NCBI GenBank assembly: GCA_035463935.1
Contig: DATHSX010000176.1
Location: 1-28,436, forward strand
Reading direction: 5' to 3'
Source of the DNA: Acidimicrobiia bacterium
Lineage (GTDB): Bacteria; Actinomycetota; Acidimicrobiia; Spongiisociales; ZC4RG35
DNA: 28,436 nt
The translations under genes and the position numbers were made by a program. Within the stretch, counting starts at the first letter, position 1, and every line of letters starts with the position of its first letter. The notes below the pieces were generated by a model that saw only the letters and a program-made list of their open reading frames with translations, searched no databases and had not been told where the DNA came from. This document shows, piece after piece, positions 1-9,185 of the stretch.

Positions 1-157
1 CGTTGAACCCGATTCCGGAGTCAAGGAAATCGCGGTAGAAGCGACTAATTGCAGCAAGATCGCGGCCATGACGGAGCGCGCTCCGAGCATTCACTTCTAT
101 CGGCAGCCACGTCCCGGACTGTTGGCCGATCCCGCCCAACACCGCCTCGAAGCGCTC

Positions 158-817
158 TCAGCTCGCGTGACCGACGGAGGTGGGTACCGGTCGCACGAAG
201 TCCCGCCGGAGGCGGTCGATCTCTTCGCGGTATTCGCAGGCGTCGACGTGGTCATTGACCAAGCCCATGGCCTCCATGAACGAGTACACCGTGGTTGGCC
301 CCACAAAGGACCAGGCCCGGCGCTTCAGGTCTTTGCTCATGGCAGCCGCCTGCGGGGGTGGCGGCAGCGCGATCAGGGTGTCCCAATCGAGCCGGTCCGG
401 ACGGGACCGTTCATCAGGCTCAAATGACCAGGCGTAGGCCCCCAGGCTGCCGAACTCGTCGATCAGGTCGAGACACCGGCGGGCGTTGTTGATAGTCGCC
501 TCGACCTTCGCCCGGTTCCTGACGATGCCCCTGTCGCTCATGAGCCGCTCAACGCTGCGAGCGTTGAAGCGGGCGACCTTCTCGATATCAAACGATGCAA
601 AGGCTCGGCGGAAGTTCTCCCTTTTGCGCAGGATGGTGAGCCAACTGAGCCCCGCCTGAAAGCCCTCCAGGCTCAACTTCTCGAAGAGGACCAGGTCGTC
701 GGCGATCGGCCGACCCCACTCGGTGTCGTGATACCGCCGGTAGAGCGCGTCATCCGAACCCCAAGGGCACCGGGCGATGCCATCGTCACCGAACGCCACA
801 CCGCCGCCGGGGACCAT
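158..817 (-). CDS. tag: DNA-3-methyladenine glycosylase I (Tag family)
   Basis: Typical Tag motifs: RCPW, YHDTEWG, LFEKLSLEGFQAGLSWLTIL, GIVRNRAKV, FVGPTTVYSFMEAMGLVNDH (Zn ligands C/H...H/C). ATG at 817. Confidence 0.93.
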   Translation of the reverse strand: MVPGGGVAFGDDGIARCPWGSDDALYRRYHDTEWGRPIADDLVLFEKLSLEGFQAGLSWLTILRKRENFRRAFASFDIEKVARFNARSVERLMSDRGIVRNRAKVEATINNARRCLDLIDEFGSLGAYAWSFEPDERSRPDRLDWDTLIALPPPPQAAAMSKDLKRRAWSFVGPTTVYSFMEAMGLVNDHVDACEYREEIDRLRRDFVRPVPTSVGHAS

Positions 818-1596
818 CGAGCCAGGTTAGACGCCAGCCCCCAACCGCCCGGGCGAGGGTTGAGTGGATCGGTGGCGTTGGCCGCTTGCAGCGTGTAGCG
901 CCTCAGGTTGGCGACGTCACCCTCGGAAAGACGGTCACAAACCCAGTCCCAGTGCAGAGACACCCAGTCGCCCGGCCGAAGGCCGTGGACAAATCCGCGT
1001 CCGTTGAGCGCGACCGTTGCTTCCTCGGTACGCTCGACACCGGGGCGCACGACCCGACCATCGAATTCCAGGGCGCGACTGCGGACCAGGGCCGTTGTCC
1101 CGTTGGCGTGAACCACCCGGCCCCAGCGGATACGGCATCGATCGAGGATCGTCAGCGGCTCGGGTCCCTCATGTCCTGCCCGCAACAGGCCCGCCCACGG
1201 GTACACCGCAAAGACGTGGAAGTTGTGGTGGGGGAGGCCACCGGCCAGGGCGGCACTTCCCACATTGGACCAAAGCCTTCCCGCCCTCCGCTGGAATCCC
1301 TCGGAGAGAAATCCGGTCAACCGGACGGGATCGACCGCCTCCAGCAGGGGATTGCCGACCCAATAGGCGCGGACCACCTTCTCGGCGAGCGGGTCCGATA
1401 CGCGGTTGGCCTCGGCGATGAGACGCAGATAAGGAAACGCACCCTCGAACCGCTGCGCCAGGTCGACCAGGCCGCGATCGGCAAGCCCGGTGCTGCCGTA
1501 CTCGAGGAGGGCTCCCGAATCGGAGGGGCCGCAGTACCCGAGTTCGTTGGGCGGATAGGCGTAGCGGGCAAAGACGAGCGCGCCTGCATTGCTCAT
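673..1596 (-). CDS. DUF6390-type protein (hydrogenase-cluster associated); C-terminal part resembles HypC
   Basis: ATG at 1596 overlaps the EamA stop (ATGA). N-terminus FARYAYPPNELGYCGP, YWVGNPLL, PHHNFHVF, DRCRIRWG and GDWVSLHWDWVC match my recollection of DUF6390. The ORF-track extension to 2286 is a shadow of the EamA gene. The 3' end is uncertain because it overlaps tag by 145 bp. Confidence 0.75.
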   Translation of the reverse strand: MSNAGALVFARYAYPPNELGYCGPSDSGALLEYGSTGLADRGLVDLAQRFEGAFPYLRLIAEANRVSDPLAEKVVRAYWVGNPLLEAVDPVRLTGFLSEGFQRRAGRLWSNVGSAALAGGLPHHNFHVFAVYPWAGLLRAGHEGPEPLTILDRCRIRWGRVVHANGTTALVRSRALEFDGRVVRPGVERTEEATVALNGRGFVHGLRPGDWVSLHWDWVCDRLSEGDVANLRRYTLQAANATDPLNPRPGGWGLASNLARWSPAAVWRSVTMASPGALGVRMTRSTGGITTPSGVGRSPTTWSSSRS

Positions 1597-2534
1597 GAGA
1601 GAGCCCCCAGGCGTGACTGCCGTGCAACCCCGACCGCCACCGCGCACGTTCCAGCCAGGATCAGGGCGAGCCCCGCCCCGTTGGGAAGCACGGGCGCTCC
1701 CTGCAAGGCACCGGCCAGCCCGGCGGTTACCACGGCTCCGAATACCAGAACCGCCGTCACGTCGAGCGCCAACGCCCTGGCCAGGGCGGCGTACCACGTG
1801 CTGACAAAGGCAGCCAGGAGTCCACCGGTGAGCACCACCCAGCCCCATTGCCCGGGGGCGAGGGAGACCATGGTTCCGAGACGTCCGGTCCCCGCCACCA
1901 GCCCCAGCAACAGGACCAGGCCGAAGCCGAGACGACCGGCGCCCACCGTGGCCGATGGGAGCGAGCCGAGAAGACGCTTGGCTATGACGAACTCGATGGC
2001 CCAGAACAGGGTGGCGGCCAGGATCATCAACTCGCCCCCGCCGAACCGGAGGGTGGTCAAATCTCCGGCGAGAGCGACTTGACCCCCGACAAGCAGCAAT
2101 ACGGCTGTCACATGGAACAGAGTCAGACGCTCGCGCAGCACGGGGACGGCCAGCGCCGCTACCCACACCACCAGAGTCTTGTGGATGAAGCCGGCCTGGG
2201 TCGACGAGGCGCGGGCCAGGCCCTCGAAAAACAGTACGAAGGGCACGCTGCCGCCGATCAGGCCGAGTACCGCGAGCTGTCCCCATTGCCGGCGGGTCAG
2301 CCTGGGGGGGGCGGGCCGGCCGGATCGGCGGTGCCCGGCGACGATCACCAGCAGAAGAATCGTGGCGATGGCGTTCTTGGCCGTGGTGAAGACCGTGGCA
2401 TCGTCGAACCCTTTGACGGCATAGCCGTTGACGAACACCGAGACTCCGCTGATGGAAGCAGCCACCAAGGCGAGCACCACTCCCCAGGAACGGGAGTGCG
2501 GGATCTGCCAGCGGGCGACCTGGTAGTGGCTCAC
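1593..2534 (-). CDS. EamA/DMT superfamily transporter (about 10 TM, two repeats)
   Basis: About 10 hydrophobic segments. Motifs GGSVPFVLFFEGL, AGFIHKTLVVWV, LAVPVLRERL. GTG start overlaps the HypC stop (GTGA). Confidence 0.85.
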   Translation of the reverse strand: MSHYQVARWQIPHSRSWGVVLALVAASISGVSVFVNGYAVKGFDDATVFTTAKNAIATILLLVIVAGHRRSGRPAPPRLTRRQWGQLAVLGLIGGSVPFVLFFEGLARASSTQAGFIHKTLVVWVAALAVPVLRERLTLFHVTAVLLLVGGQVALAGDLTTLRFGGGELMILAATLFWAIEFVIAKRLLGSLPSATVGAGRLGFGLVLLLGLVAGTGRLGTMVSLAPGQWGWVVLTGGLLAAFVSTWYAALARALALDVTAVLVFGAVVTAGLAGALQGAPVLPNGAGLALILAGTCAVAVGVARQSRLGALS

Positions 2535-2770
2535 GGGACGGCTCCTTCGATGTCTGTCATCAGTTCAATGATTCGGCCTGCCTCTTGGGGGTCGATCCGT
2601 TGCACCGGTATGCCGGCGTTCAACAGAACCCAATCCCCTACCTGCGCCGGAGTGCCCTGGAAGGCAAGTACTGCGAGTGATACCCGCTGCGACCGGCCCC
2701 GCACATCCACGAAACCGGCGTTCCCGTCAGCATCGACCGCGATGACCCGGCCGGGCCGATTCATGCACAT
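2531..2770 (-). CDS. hypC: HypC/HybG/HupF family hydrogenase maturation chaperone (atypical)
   Basis: 79 aa with N-terminal MC(MNR)PGRV, VDVRG...VSL and QVGDWVLL(N)AG...RID, located in the hydrogenase operon. Confidence 0.85.
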   Translation of the reverse strand: MCMNRPGRVIAVDADGNAGFVDVRGRSQRVSLAVLAFQGTPAQVGDWVLLNAGIPVQRIDPQEAGRIIELMTDIEGAVP

Positions 2771-3231
2771 CCGCGACTCCCCTCCCCGGAGATCTCGGCC
2801 AGGATTTCTTCAGCCACGACTCTCGTCGCGGCGGCGACCTCGGGGGTAAGCCCCCCACCCGCCGCAAAAGTCGCCCCCGTGATCCCCACGACCACGAGAC
2901 GCTCCGGTAGTCGGCCCATCACCCGACCCAATTCCACCGCGTCGCCGAGGCTCAGCGAATGGGAGCTATCGCGTGCGGGACGGTCCGGCAGGGGACTATC
3001 GGTGACGTCGAACCTCTCGACCTTGCCGGGAGGACCTCCCGAACGAACGGCGTCGACCACAAAGGCGGCCTGAAATCCTGCCCAGCTTTCGAGCAGGCCA
3101 CCCGGCTCGCCGTCGTGCTCCAGCACATCGACTCCCGGCTGCGCGGCTCTGGCCACCAACCGGGCCACTTCCAGCCCGGCGGCGTCGTCTGACCGATAGG
3201 GGTTTCCTACCCCTACGACGAGGGTCTTCAT
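2761..3231 (-). CDS. Hydrogenase maturation endopeptidase (HycI/HoxW family)
   Basis: [32 protein letters not shown] motifs. Lies directly after the large subunit with an ATGA overlap. Confidence 0.93.
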   Translation of the reverse strand: MKTLVVGVGNPYRSDDAAGLEVARLVARAAQPGVDVLEHDGEPGGLLESWAGFQAAFVVDAVRSGGPPGKVERFDVTDSPLPDRPARDSSHSLSLGDAVELGRVMGRLPERLVVVGITGATFAAGGGLTPEVAAATRVVAEEILAEISGEGSRGCA

Positions 3232-4532
3232 TCGGGCACCACCTTCAGGTCAAGGAAGTGAGTGGCGCAGGAAATACAAGGGTCGTAGCTGCGGATGGCC
3301 TGCTCGCACTGGTGAGTGAGGGCATGCTGGTCTAGTTCAAGCCGGTCGGTCACGAAGTCCGCCAGATCGGCCTCGATCTGGGCCTGGTTCTGCGAGGTGG
3401 GGGGCACAATCCGGGCATCGGTGATATCACCCTGGTCATCGATCCGGTAGCGGTGGTAGAGGATGCCCCGAGGGGCCTCGGTGCAAGCATGCCCGGTGCC
3501 CGCCCGGGGTTCCACATCCACGAATGGCCGGTCTGGCGGCCGATAGCTGGCGATGATCCGCAAGGCCTGATCGCAGGCGTGCACGATTTCAACCGCCCGC
3601 ACGACGATGCTCTTGAACGGATTGCGCACGACCGGGCCGAATCCCACCCCGGCTGCGGCCTGACGCGCCAGGGGTGTCAGCTGCTCGAAGTTCAGGTTGT
3701 AGCGGGCCAGCGGCCCGGTCAAATAGGCACCCCGGCCACGGATTCGAGCGTGAAGAGCATTGGAATGCGCCACCTGCTCCTCCTCGAAGAACTGATAGAA
3801 ATCGCCTACCGCAATGTCGAGACCACGGTCCGAAACGATCCTCCCCCCCAGAAATGGATACTCGGTAGGGTGTCGAAGAGCGACGAACTCGTAGTCCTGT
3901 TCGAAGTCGGGAAAGTCGAATCCACCGACCAGCGCGACCGTGTCAAGGGCCGCCTGCCGGGCCCATTCGAGGCGATCGGCCAGTGGCTCGAGTTCGGAAC
4001 GGGTCGGGACTCGATAAAAGCCTCCCACCCGCACATTGATAGGGTGGATGGCGCGGCCCCCGATCAGGTTGAGGACGTCATTGCCGACCTTCTTGAGCTG
4101 GAGGCCCTGCTCAACGATCTGTTTGTGGTCGCGAGCCATTTCGATGGCGCTCTCGTAGCCGAGGAAGTCGGGTGCATGGAGCAGGTAGACATGAAGGGCA
4201 TGGCTCTCGATCCACTCCCCGCAATAGAGAAGATGTCTCAGCTCCCGGATGGGTCCCTCGACCGTGACGCCGCACGCATCCTCAATCGCCTGACAGGCAC
4301 TCATCTGATAGGCCACAGGGCAGATTCCGCAGATTCGAGCGGTAATGTCAGGGGGTTCGGTGTACTTCCGCCCTCGCAGGAACGCTTCGAAGAAACGCGG
4401 CGGCTCATAGATGCGGAGTTGGACCTGGGTGACCTTCCCGTCCCGGGTGCGAACGACCATGCCTCCTTCGCCTTCGACCCTGGCAAGGGTGTCCACCCTG
4501 AGGGTGCGGGCACCCGTCGCTTTGTGAGTCAC
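3228..4532 (-). CDS. Group 3b [NiFe]-hydrogenase (sulfhydrogenase-type) large/alpha subunit
   Basis: LARVEGEG N-terminus, L1 motif [11 protein letters not shown]2 motif DPCISCATH followed by a cleavable tail FLDLKVVPE. True start is GTG at 4532 overlapping the delta stop; the ORF-track start at 5042 is an extension. Confidence 0.95.
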   Translation of the reverse strand: MTHKATGARTLRVDTLARVEGEGGMVVRTRDGKVTQVQLRIYEPPRFFEAFLRGRKYTEPPDITARICGICPVAYQMSACQAIEDACGVTVEGPIRELRHLLYCGEWIESHALHVYLLHAPDFLGYESAIEMARDHKQIVEQGLQLKKVGNDVLNLIGGRAIHPINVRVGGFYRVPTRSELEPLADRLEWARQAALDTVALVGGFDFPDFEQDYEFVALRHPTEYPFLGGRIVSDRGLDIAVGDFYQFFEEEQVAHSNALHARIRGRGAYLTGPLARYNLNFEQLTPLARQAAAGVGFGPVVRNPFKSIVVRAVEIVHACDQALRIIASYRPPDRPFVDVEPRAGTGHACTEAPRGILYHRYRIDDQGDITDARIVPPTSQNQAQIEADLADFVTDRLELDQHALTHQCEQAIRSYDPCISCATHFLDLKVVPE

Positions 4533-5311
4533 GGGATTCTCTCGCTTTCCTGCCGAAAGGCCTCGGCGCCGGTGTTGAAGGTCCGATAGATCCGTCGAAG
4601 GTCGGGGGGCCCCATCCCCAGGCCCGCCAACCAGCCGGTCAGCGAGGGAGCATTGGCGGTGTCTGCCGGGCCGAAGCACCCGTAGCATCCTCGGGAGTAG
4701 GTCGGGCAGAGCGCCCCGCAGCCGTTTTGGGTGACGGGGCCCAGGCACGGGGTTCCGTGAGCGACCATCACGCAGACATTTCCCCGGCGCTTGCACTCCA
4801 CACACACGCTGTAGGTAGCAATGTTGGGCCTGCGACGAGCCAGGAAGGCGGACAGCACCTCTAGGAGTTGGTGGCGGTCGATCGGACACCCCCGCAACTC
4901 GAAGTCGACGGGAACGTGATCGGCGATGCCCGTCGAGTTGTCCAGTGTGGAGATGAACTCCGGATGGGCGTAAACCACATCGATGAACTCGCGGACATTC
5001 GCGAAGTTGCGCAACGCCTGAATGCCCCCCGATGTCGCGCACGCTCCGATCGTCACGAGCACCCGGGAACGTCCCCTTACCAGGCGGATCCTTTCCACGT
5101 CGTCTGGGGTGCTGATCGATCCCTCAACCAGCGACACGTCATAAGGGCCTCGTATCACTGCCCGGGAGGCCTCGGGGAAGTAGGCGATCTCCACCTCGTC
5201 GGCGAGCGTGAGCAACTCGTCCTCACAGTCGAGAACGGTGAGCTGACAGCCGTCGCACGAGGAGAACTTCCAGACGGCGAGCTTCGGTTTGGCCCGCCCG
5301 GACTCTGCCAT
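4529..5311 (-). CDS. Group 3b hydrogenase small/delta subunit
   Basis: [43 protein letters not shown]...RGCYGCFGP. No Tat signal. ATG at 5311 in a TGATG overlap with the gamma stop. Confidence 0.93.
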   Translation of the reverse strand: MAESGRAKPKLAVWKFSSCDGCQLTVLDCEDELLTLADEVEIAYFPEASRAVIRGPYDVSLVEGSISTPDDVERIRLVRGRSRVLVTIGACATSGGIQALRNFANVREFIDVVYAHPEFISTLDNSTGIADHVPVDFELRGCPIDRHQLLEVLSAFLARRRPNIATYSVCVECKRRGNVCVMVAHGTPCLGPVTQNGCGALCPTYSRGCYGCFGPADTANAPSLTGWLAGLGMGPPDLRRIYRTFNTGAEAFRQESERIP

Positions 5312-6180
5312 CACACCTCCCGAATCGACATCAGGCGTTCCACCCGCTGGTAGGGGAAAACCGGTCCGGCCATGCAAACGAAGTCCGGGCCAAACTGGCA
5401 GTGACCACAGTGACCGATGGCGCACTTCATGTTCCGTTCCATCGACACCCGCACCCGATCTCGCGGGATGCCCCGGTCCAGCAGCGCCCTGGCGGCAAAG
5501 CGGATCATCACCTCGGGCCCACAGATGAAGGCCGTCGCCTCCTCCGGTCGGAAGGCGACGGGGGGAATGAGCTCGGTGACTACCCCTACATGGCCATGCC
5601 AGTCCGGACCGGCGTGGTCGACGGTTACCTCCACCTCCATATCGAGGTGGCTCCGCCACGACCCGATCTCTCTTTGGAAGATCAAGTCCTTCGGCGATCT
5701 GGCACCAATCAGAACCGCCACCTGCCCGAATCGACTTCGCTCGGCCATGATCCGGTAGATGGCGGGGCGAAGGGGCGCCAGCCCGATACCGCCGGCGACC
5801 ACAACCAGATCGTTTCCAGCGGCGGCCTCGACCTGCCAGTCCGAGCCGAAAGGCCCGCGCACTCCGACCACGTCCCCCTCCCGCAACCCGCATAGGGCCC
5901 TGCTCACGGCTCCGACCGACCGGACGGTATGAATCAGCGGGCCTGCGGCTGGATCGCCGCTGATCGAGATCGGGACTTCACCCACGCCGAACGCGTAGAG
6001 CATGTTGAACTGGCCGGGTCGGTACGCCATCGGCGCGCCGTCGACAGGATCGAGGGCGAAGGTGTAGGTGTCGGCGGTTTCGCGCCTCTTCCAGCTCACC
6101 CGGTAGCGAAGGGGAACCATCGGCCGCCCAGGCGCCGGGACGGGTGAGAGGTGAACATCAGCCAGCACGACCGCCGCCAT
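5311..6180 (-). CDS. Group 3b hydrogenase gamma subunit (FAD/NAD(P)-binding, 2Fe-2S)
   Basis: [60 protein letters not shown] motifs. Start position approximate. Confidence 0.93.
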   Translation of the reverse strand: MAAVVLADVHLSPVPAPGRPMVPLRYRVSWKRRETADTYTFALDPVDGAPMAYRPGQFNMLYAFGVGEVPISISGDPAAGPLIHTVRSVGAVSRALCGLREGDVVGVRGPFGSDWQVEAAAGNDLVVVAGGIGLAPLRPAIYRIMAERSRFGQVAVLIGARSPKDLIFQREIGSWRSHLDMEVEVTVDHAGPDWHGHVGVVTELIPPVAFRPEEATAFICGPEVMIRFAARALLDRGIPRDRVRVSMERNMKCAIGHCGHCQFGPDFVCMAGPVFPYQRVERLMSIREV

Positions 6181-6631
6181 ACAGATCGATCAAGCGGAGC
6201 CGCGCCGACTCCAGCCTTTCTACGAGTATCTCCGCAAACCGCTTCATCAACTGGTAACCCAGCCGTGTGTCCTCCTCACACTTGTCCCGTAGACAGGCCC
6301 CGTCCAGAGCCACTACTCCGACTGGTTCCAGGGCGCGGGCATCGAACTGCCACCGATAAGGGGGAAACAGCCACGAGGCTCCGACGACGTCGGCTTCACC
6401 GGCAGTGTCGATCACCAGCGAGCCCCGGGCGGGCAGATGCACCTCAATGGCCACCCGGCCCCGACGAACGATGAAGAAGAGGTCGGCCGGATCCCCCTCC
6501 CGACACAGATAGTCACCCGTTTCGAAGACCATGTTCTTTCCGCATCCGGCGACCAGTTCCAGGTAACCGGGATCGAGGTCTTTGAAGAACGGATGGGTCC
6601 GAAGCAACTGGTCGATCGTTTCAAGGGACAT
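6158..6631 (-). CDS. Stand-alone cyclic-nucleotide-binding (Crp-type sensor) domain protein without an HTH
   Basis: [39 protein letters not shown]. 157 aa. AAGGAGG RBS before the ATG at 6631. Confidence 0.85.
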   Translation of the reverse strand: MSLETIDQLLRTHPFFKDLDPGYLELVAGCGKNMVFETGDYLCREGDPADLFFIVRRGRVAIEVHLPARGSLVIDTAGEADVVGASWLFPPYRWQFDARALEPVGVVALDGACLRDKCEEDTRLGYQLMKRFAEILVERLESARLRLIDLYGGGRAG

Positions 6632-7757
6632 TGGCAACCTCCTTGCTGGAGCGGGATGGGGCCCGGAGGCCCTCGACCTCCTCGGTGAGATCAATGCCTA
6701 CCGGGCACCAGGTGATACACCGGCCACAACCCACACAGCCCGAAGTGCCGAACTGATCGATCCAGGTTGCGAGCTTGTGGGTGAGCCACTGCCGGTATCG
6801 CGACCTGGTGGAGGAGCGGACGTTGCCTCCGCCCAGGTATGAGAACTCGAGGCTGAAGCAAGAATCCCAGGTCCGCCACCGCTCGGCGATCGTCCCGGTG
6901 AGATCGCTGGTGTCCTCGACCGTGCTGCAAAAGCACGTGGGGCACACCATCGTGCAGTTGGCGCAGGTCAGACAGCGCCGGGCCACCTCATCCCAACGCG
7001 AGTGCTCGTAGCTGCCGTAGAAGAGGTCTTTGATCCCCCCGGTGTCCAGAGCCCTGCCCATGTGGGCCGCAGCCCATTCGATCACAGCATCCGCTCTTCT
7101 CCGATCCTCCGGCTGGTCGGGCCGCTGCGGCACCTCGGCCAGAATCTCCCCGCCCCGGGGCGAGCCGATCTCCACCAGGAATTCGTGCCGGTTGTCGCTC
7201 ATCAGTTCGGTGAGGGAAAGGTCGAATCCCGGCCCGGCCCGGGGTCCGGTTCCCATGGAGACGCAAAAACAGGTGCCGGCCGGGCTCCCGCAATTGACGG
7301 CGATCACAAATGCCCGCTGGCGGCTGCTGGAGTAGGTGGGGTCCGCGAACGACCCACCGGCAAAGACCAGGTCCTGAATCGCGATGGCCGCCAGCTCACA
7401 TCCCCTTACTCCAAGGAAGGCATACGGCCCCGACGCTTCTGGTCCGGCCTCGATCCCGAATCCTTCCTCTGTGCGACGACCCCGCCACAGCAGCGTTCGA
7501 GAAGGGAACAGGTACTTCTTCCACGATTGGGGACCGACGCCGTACCCGAACAGGGCCTGGTCACTCCTGGGCCGGAGCCGGTAGGTCCCCCCGTCCTGCT
7601 CATCGGTCCATCCTTTGGGGAGATCGACCACCGAGGTGACCTGGTCGTAGACGATTGCGCCCTCGCGAACCGTCGGGCCGACGACCAGATAGCCGCGTTG
7701 GCGGAGCACGCCGATGAGGGTGTCCAGCCCGGATCGGTCGATTACGGCGGTGCGCAT
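6621..7757 (-). CDS. Group 3b hydrogenase beta subunit (4Fe-4S dicluster, AsrA/HydB-like)
   Basis: GVRGCEL, VNC...[45 protein letters not shown]. Confidence 0.93.
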   Translation of the reverse strand: MRTAVIDRSGLDTLIGVLRQRGYLVVGPTVREGAIVYDQVTSVVDLPKGWTDEQDGGTYRLRPRSDQALFGYGVGPQSWKKYLFPSRTLLWRGRRTEEGFGIEAGPEASGPYAFLGVRGCELAAIAIQDLVFAGGSFADPTYSSSRQRAFVIAVNCGSPAGTCFCVSMGTGPRAGPGFDLSLTELMSDNRHEFLVEIGSPRGGEILAEVPQRPDQPEDRRRADAVIEWAAAHMGRALDTGGIKDLFYGSYEHSRWDEVARRCLTCANCTMVCPTCFCSTVEDTSDLTGTIAERWRTWDSCFSLEFSYLGGGNVRSSTRSRYRQWLTHKLATWIDQFGTSGCVGCGRCITWCPVGIDLTEEVEGLRAPSRSSKEVANVP

Positions 7758-7766
7758 TACTTCCGT

Positions 7767-9155
7767 TCACCCACTGACTGGCTCGAACCGTGCCTGGAAG
7801 AACCGCAACTCGGGGGGCTCGTAGGTGAAACGGAGACCTTCGATCCGGTCACGCTGCTCGTAGACCGCGCTGACCGATTCGGCGACCACGTCCATGTGGG
7901 CCTGCGTGTAGACCCGCCGGGGAATTGCCAGGCGCACCAGCTCCAGCCGCGGATAGTGGTTCTCGCCGGTCTGTGGGTCCCGACCGGCCGAGACCACCCC
8001 CCGTTCCATGCCTCGCACTCCGCTGTCGACATAGAGGGCGGCGGCCAGTGCCTGGGCCGGCAACAGGGGTTGGGGGATGTGCTCGAGTATGGCCCGGGCG
8101 TCGAGGAAGACGCCGTGACCACCGATGGGGCGAACGACCGGGATCCCGGCTTTGATCAGATTGTGGCCGAGGTATTCGACCTGGCCGATCCGGGCGGAGA
8201 CGTGATCGTCGGTCTCGACCATCTCCCTGATACCCACCGCCAGGGCCGCCATGTCGCGACCCGACATGCCCCCGTACGTGTGCAGTCCCTCGAACGCCAC
8301 CAGCAGGGCTCGAGCCTGGCGGGCCAGATCACCGTCTCGCAAAGCCAGGAAGCCGCCGATGTTCACCAGATTGTCCTTCTTGGAGGAGACTGTGGCGCCG
8401 TCGGAGTACGAGCAGATCTCCCGCAACAACGAAGCCACGCTGCGATCGTGATAAGGCGCTTCCCGCTGTTTGATGAACCAGGCATTCTCGAGAGCTCGGG
8501 TGGCGTCGAGCATCACCAGAATCTGATGCCGCCGGCAGAGGTCGTAAACCGCCCGGAGGTTGGCCATCGACATGGGCTGGCCACCGGCCATATTCACATT
8601 GGTCTCGACCGAGATGTAGGGGATCCGCTCGGGCCCGTGCTGGTCGATGACCGCTTGCAGCTTGGCGAGGTCGATGTTGCCTTTGAAAGGATGATCCGAG
8701 TAGGGATCGTGGGCCTCGTCGATGATGACATCCACGAAGTTGCCACCCGCGTACTCCTGATGGAACTTGGTGGTCGTGAAGTACATGTTGCCGGGGATGA
8801 CGTCGCCCGGCTTGATGAGGATCTGGCTCAAGATGTGCTCGGCGCCCCTGCCCTGGTGGGTGGGAATCAGCTCCTCGTACCCGTACACCTCCCGCATCGC
8901 CTCCTCGAGTTCGTAATACGAGCGGCTCCCCGCATAGGCCTCATCACCCATCATCAGCGCCGACCATTGCCGATCGGACATGGCCGATGTACCTGAGTCG
9001 GTCAGCAGATCTATGTAGACATCGACCGATCGGAGGAGAAAGGTGTTGTACCCGGCCTCGACGATGGCCCTCTTCCGCTCGCCCGGCGACAACATGCGGA
9101 TGGGTTCCACCATCTTGACCTTCCAGGGCTCGGCCCAACTGCGGTGGCCTTCCAT
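7767..9155 (-). CDS. tpl: Tyrosine phenol-lyase (PLP beta-eliminating lyase)
   Basis: Collinear with enterobacterial TPL: EAGYNTFLL, DLLTDSG, GDEAYAG (catalytic Tyr), THQGRGAE, NMYFTTT, SKKD (PLP Lys), IPRRVY. It has GMERG (TPL-specific Arg) and LRFF (Phe where tryptophanase has His). AAGGAG RBS before the ATG at 9155. Confidence 0.88.
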   Translation of the reverse strand: MEGHRSWAEPWKVKMVEPIRMLSPGERKRAIVEAGYNTFLLRSVDVYIDLLTDSGTSAMSDRQWSALMMGDEAYAGSRSYYELEEAMREVYGYEELIPTHQGRGAEHILSQILIKPGDVIPGNMYFTTTKFHQEYAGGNFVDVIIDEAHDPYSDHPFKGNIDLAKLQAVIDQHGPERIPYISVETNVNMAGGQPMSMANLRAVYDLCRRHQILVMLDATRALENAWFIKQREAPYHDRSVASLLREICSYSDGATVSSKKDNLVNIGGFLALRDGDLARQARALLVAFEGLHTYGGMSGRDMAALAVGIREMVETDDHVSARIGQVEYLGHNLIKAGIPVVRPIGGHGVFLDARAILEHIPQPLLPAQALAAALYVDSGVRGMERGVVSAGRDPQTGENHYPRLELVRLAIPRRVYTQAHMDVVAESVSAVYEQRDRIEGLRFTYEPPELRFFQARFEPVSG

Positions 9156-9185
9156 CTTCTGGCTCCTTCTGACGCTCCAGGTGAC

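Noticed and set aside
1-157. Possible gene fragment at the window start (open minus-strand frames, one with a hydrophobic MAAILLQLVASTAISL stretch)
   Set aside because: Too short to choose a frame or strand, with no RBS or motif support.
886-2082. 398-aa plus-strand ORF
   Set aside because: Antisense shadow of the DUF6390 and EamA genes with no recognisable motifs. Long shadow ORFs are expected at this GC content.
7002-8996. 664-aa plus-strand ORF (likewise 3453-4589, 1848-2849, 10492-11583, 13464-14627)
   Set aside because: Each lies exactly opposite well-supported genes and has no domain signature or RBS.
7767-9155. Calling the lyase tryptophanase (tnaA)
   Set aside because: It has MER (Arg) and LRFF (Phe), the TPL-type residues, rather than the tryptophanase Ile/His.
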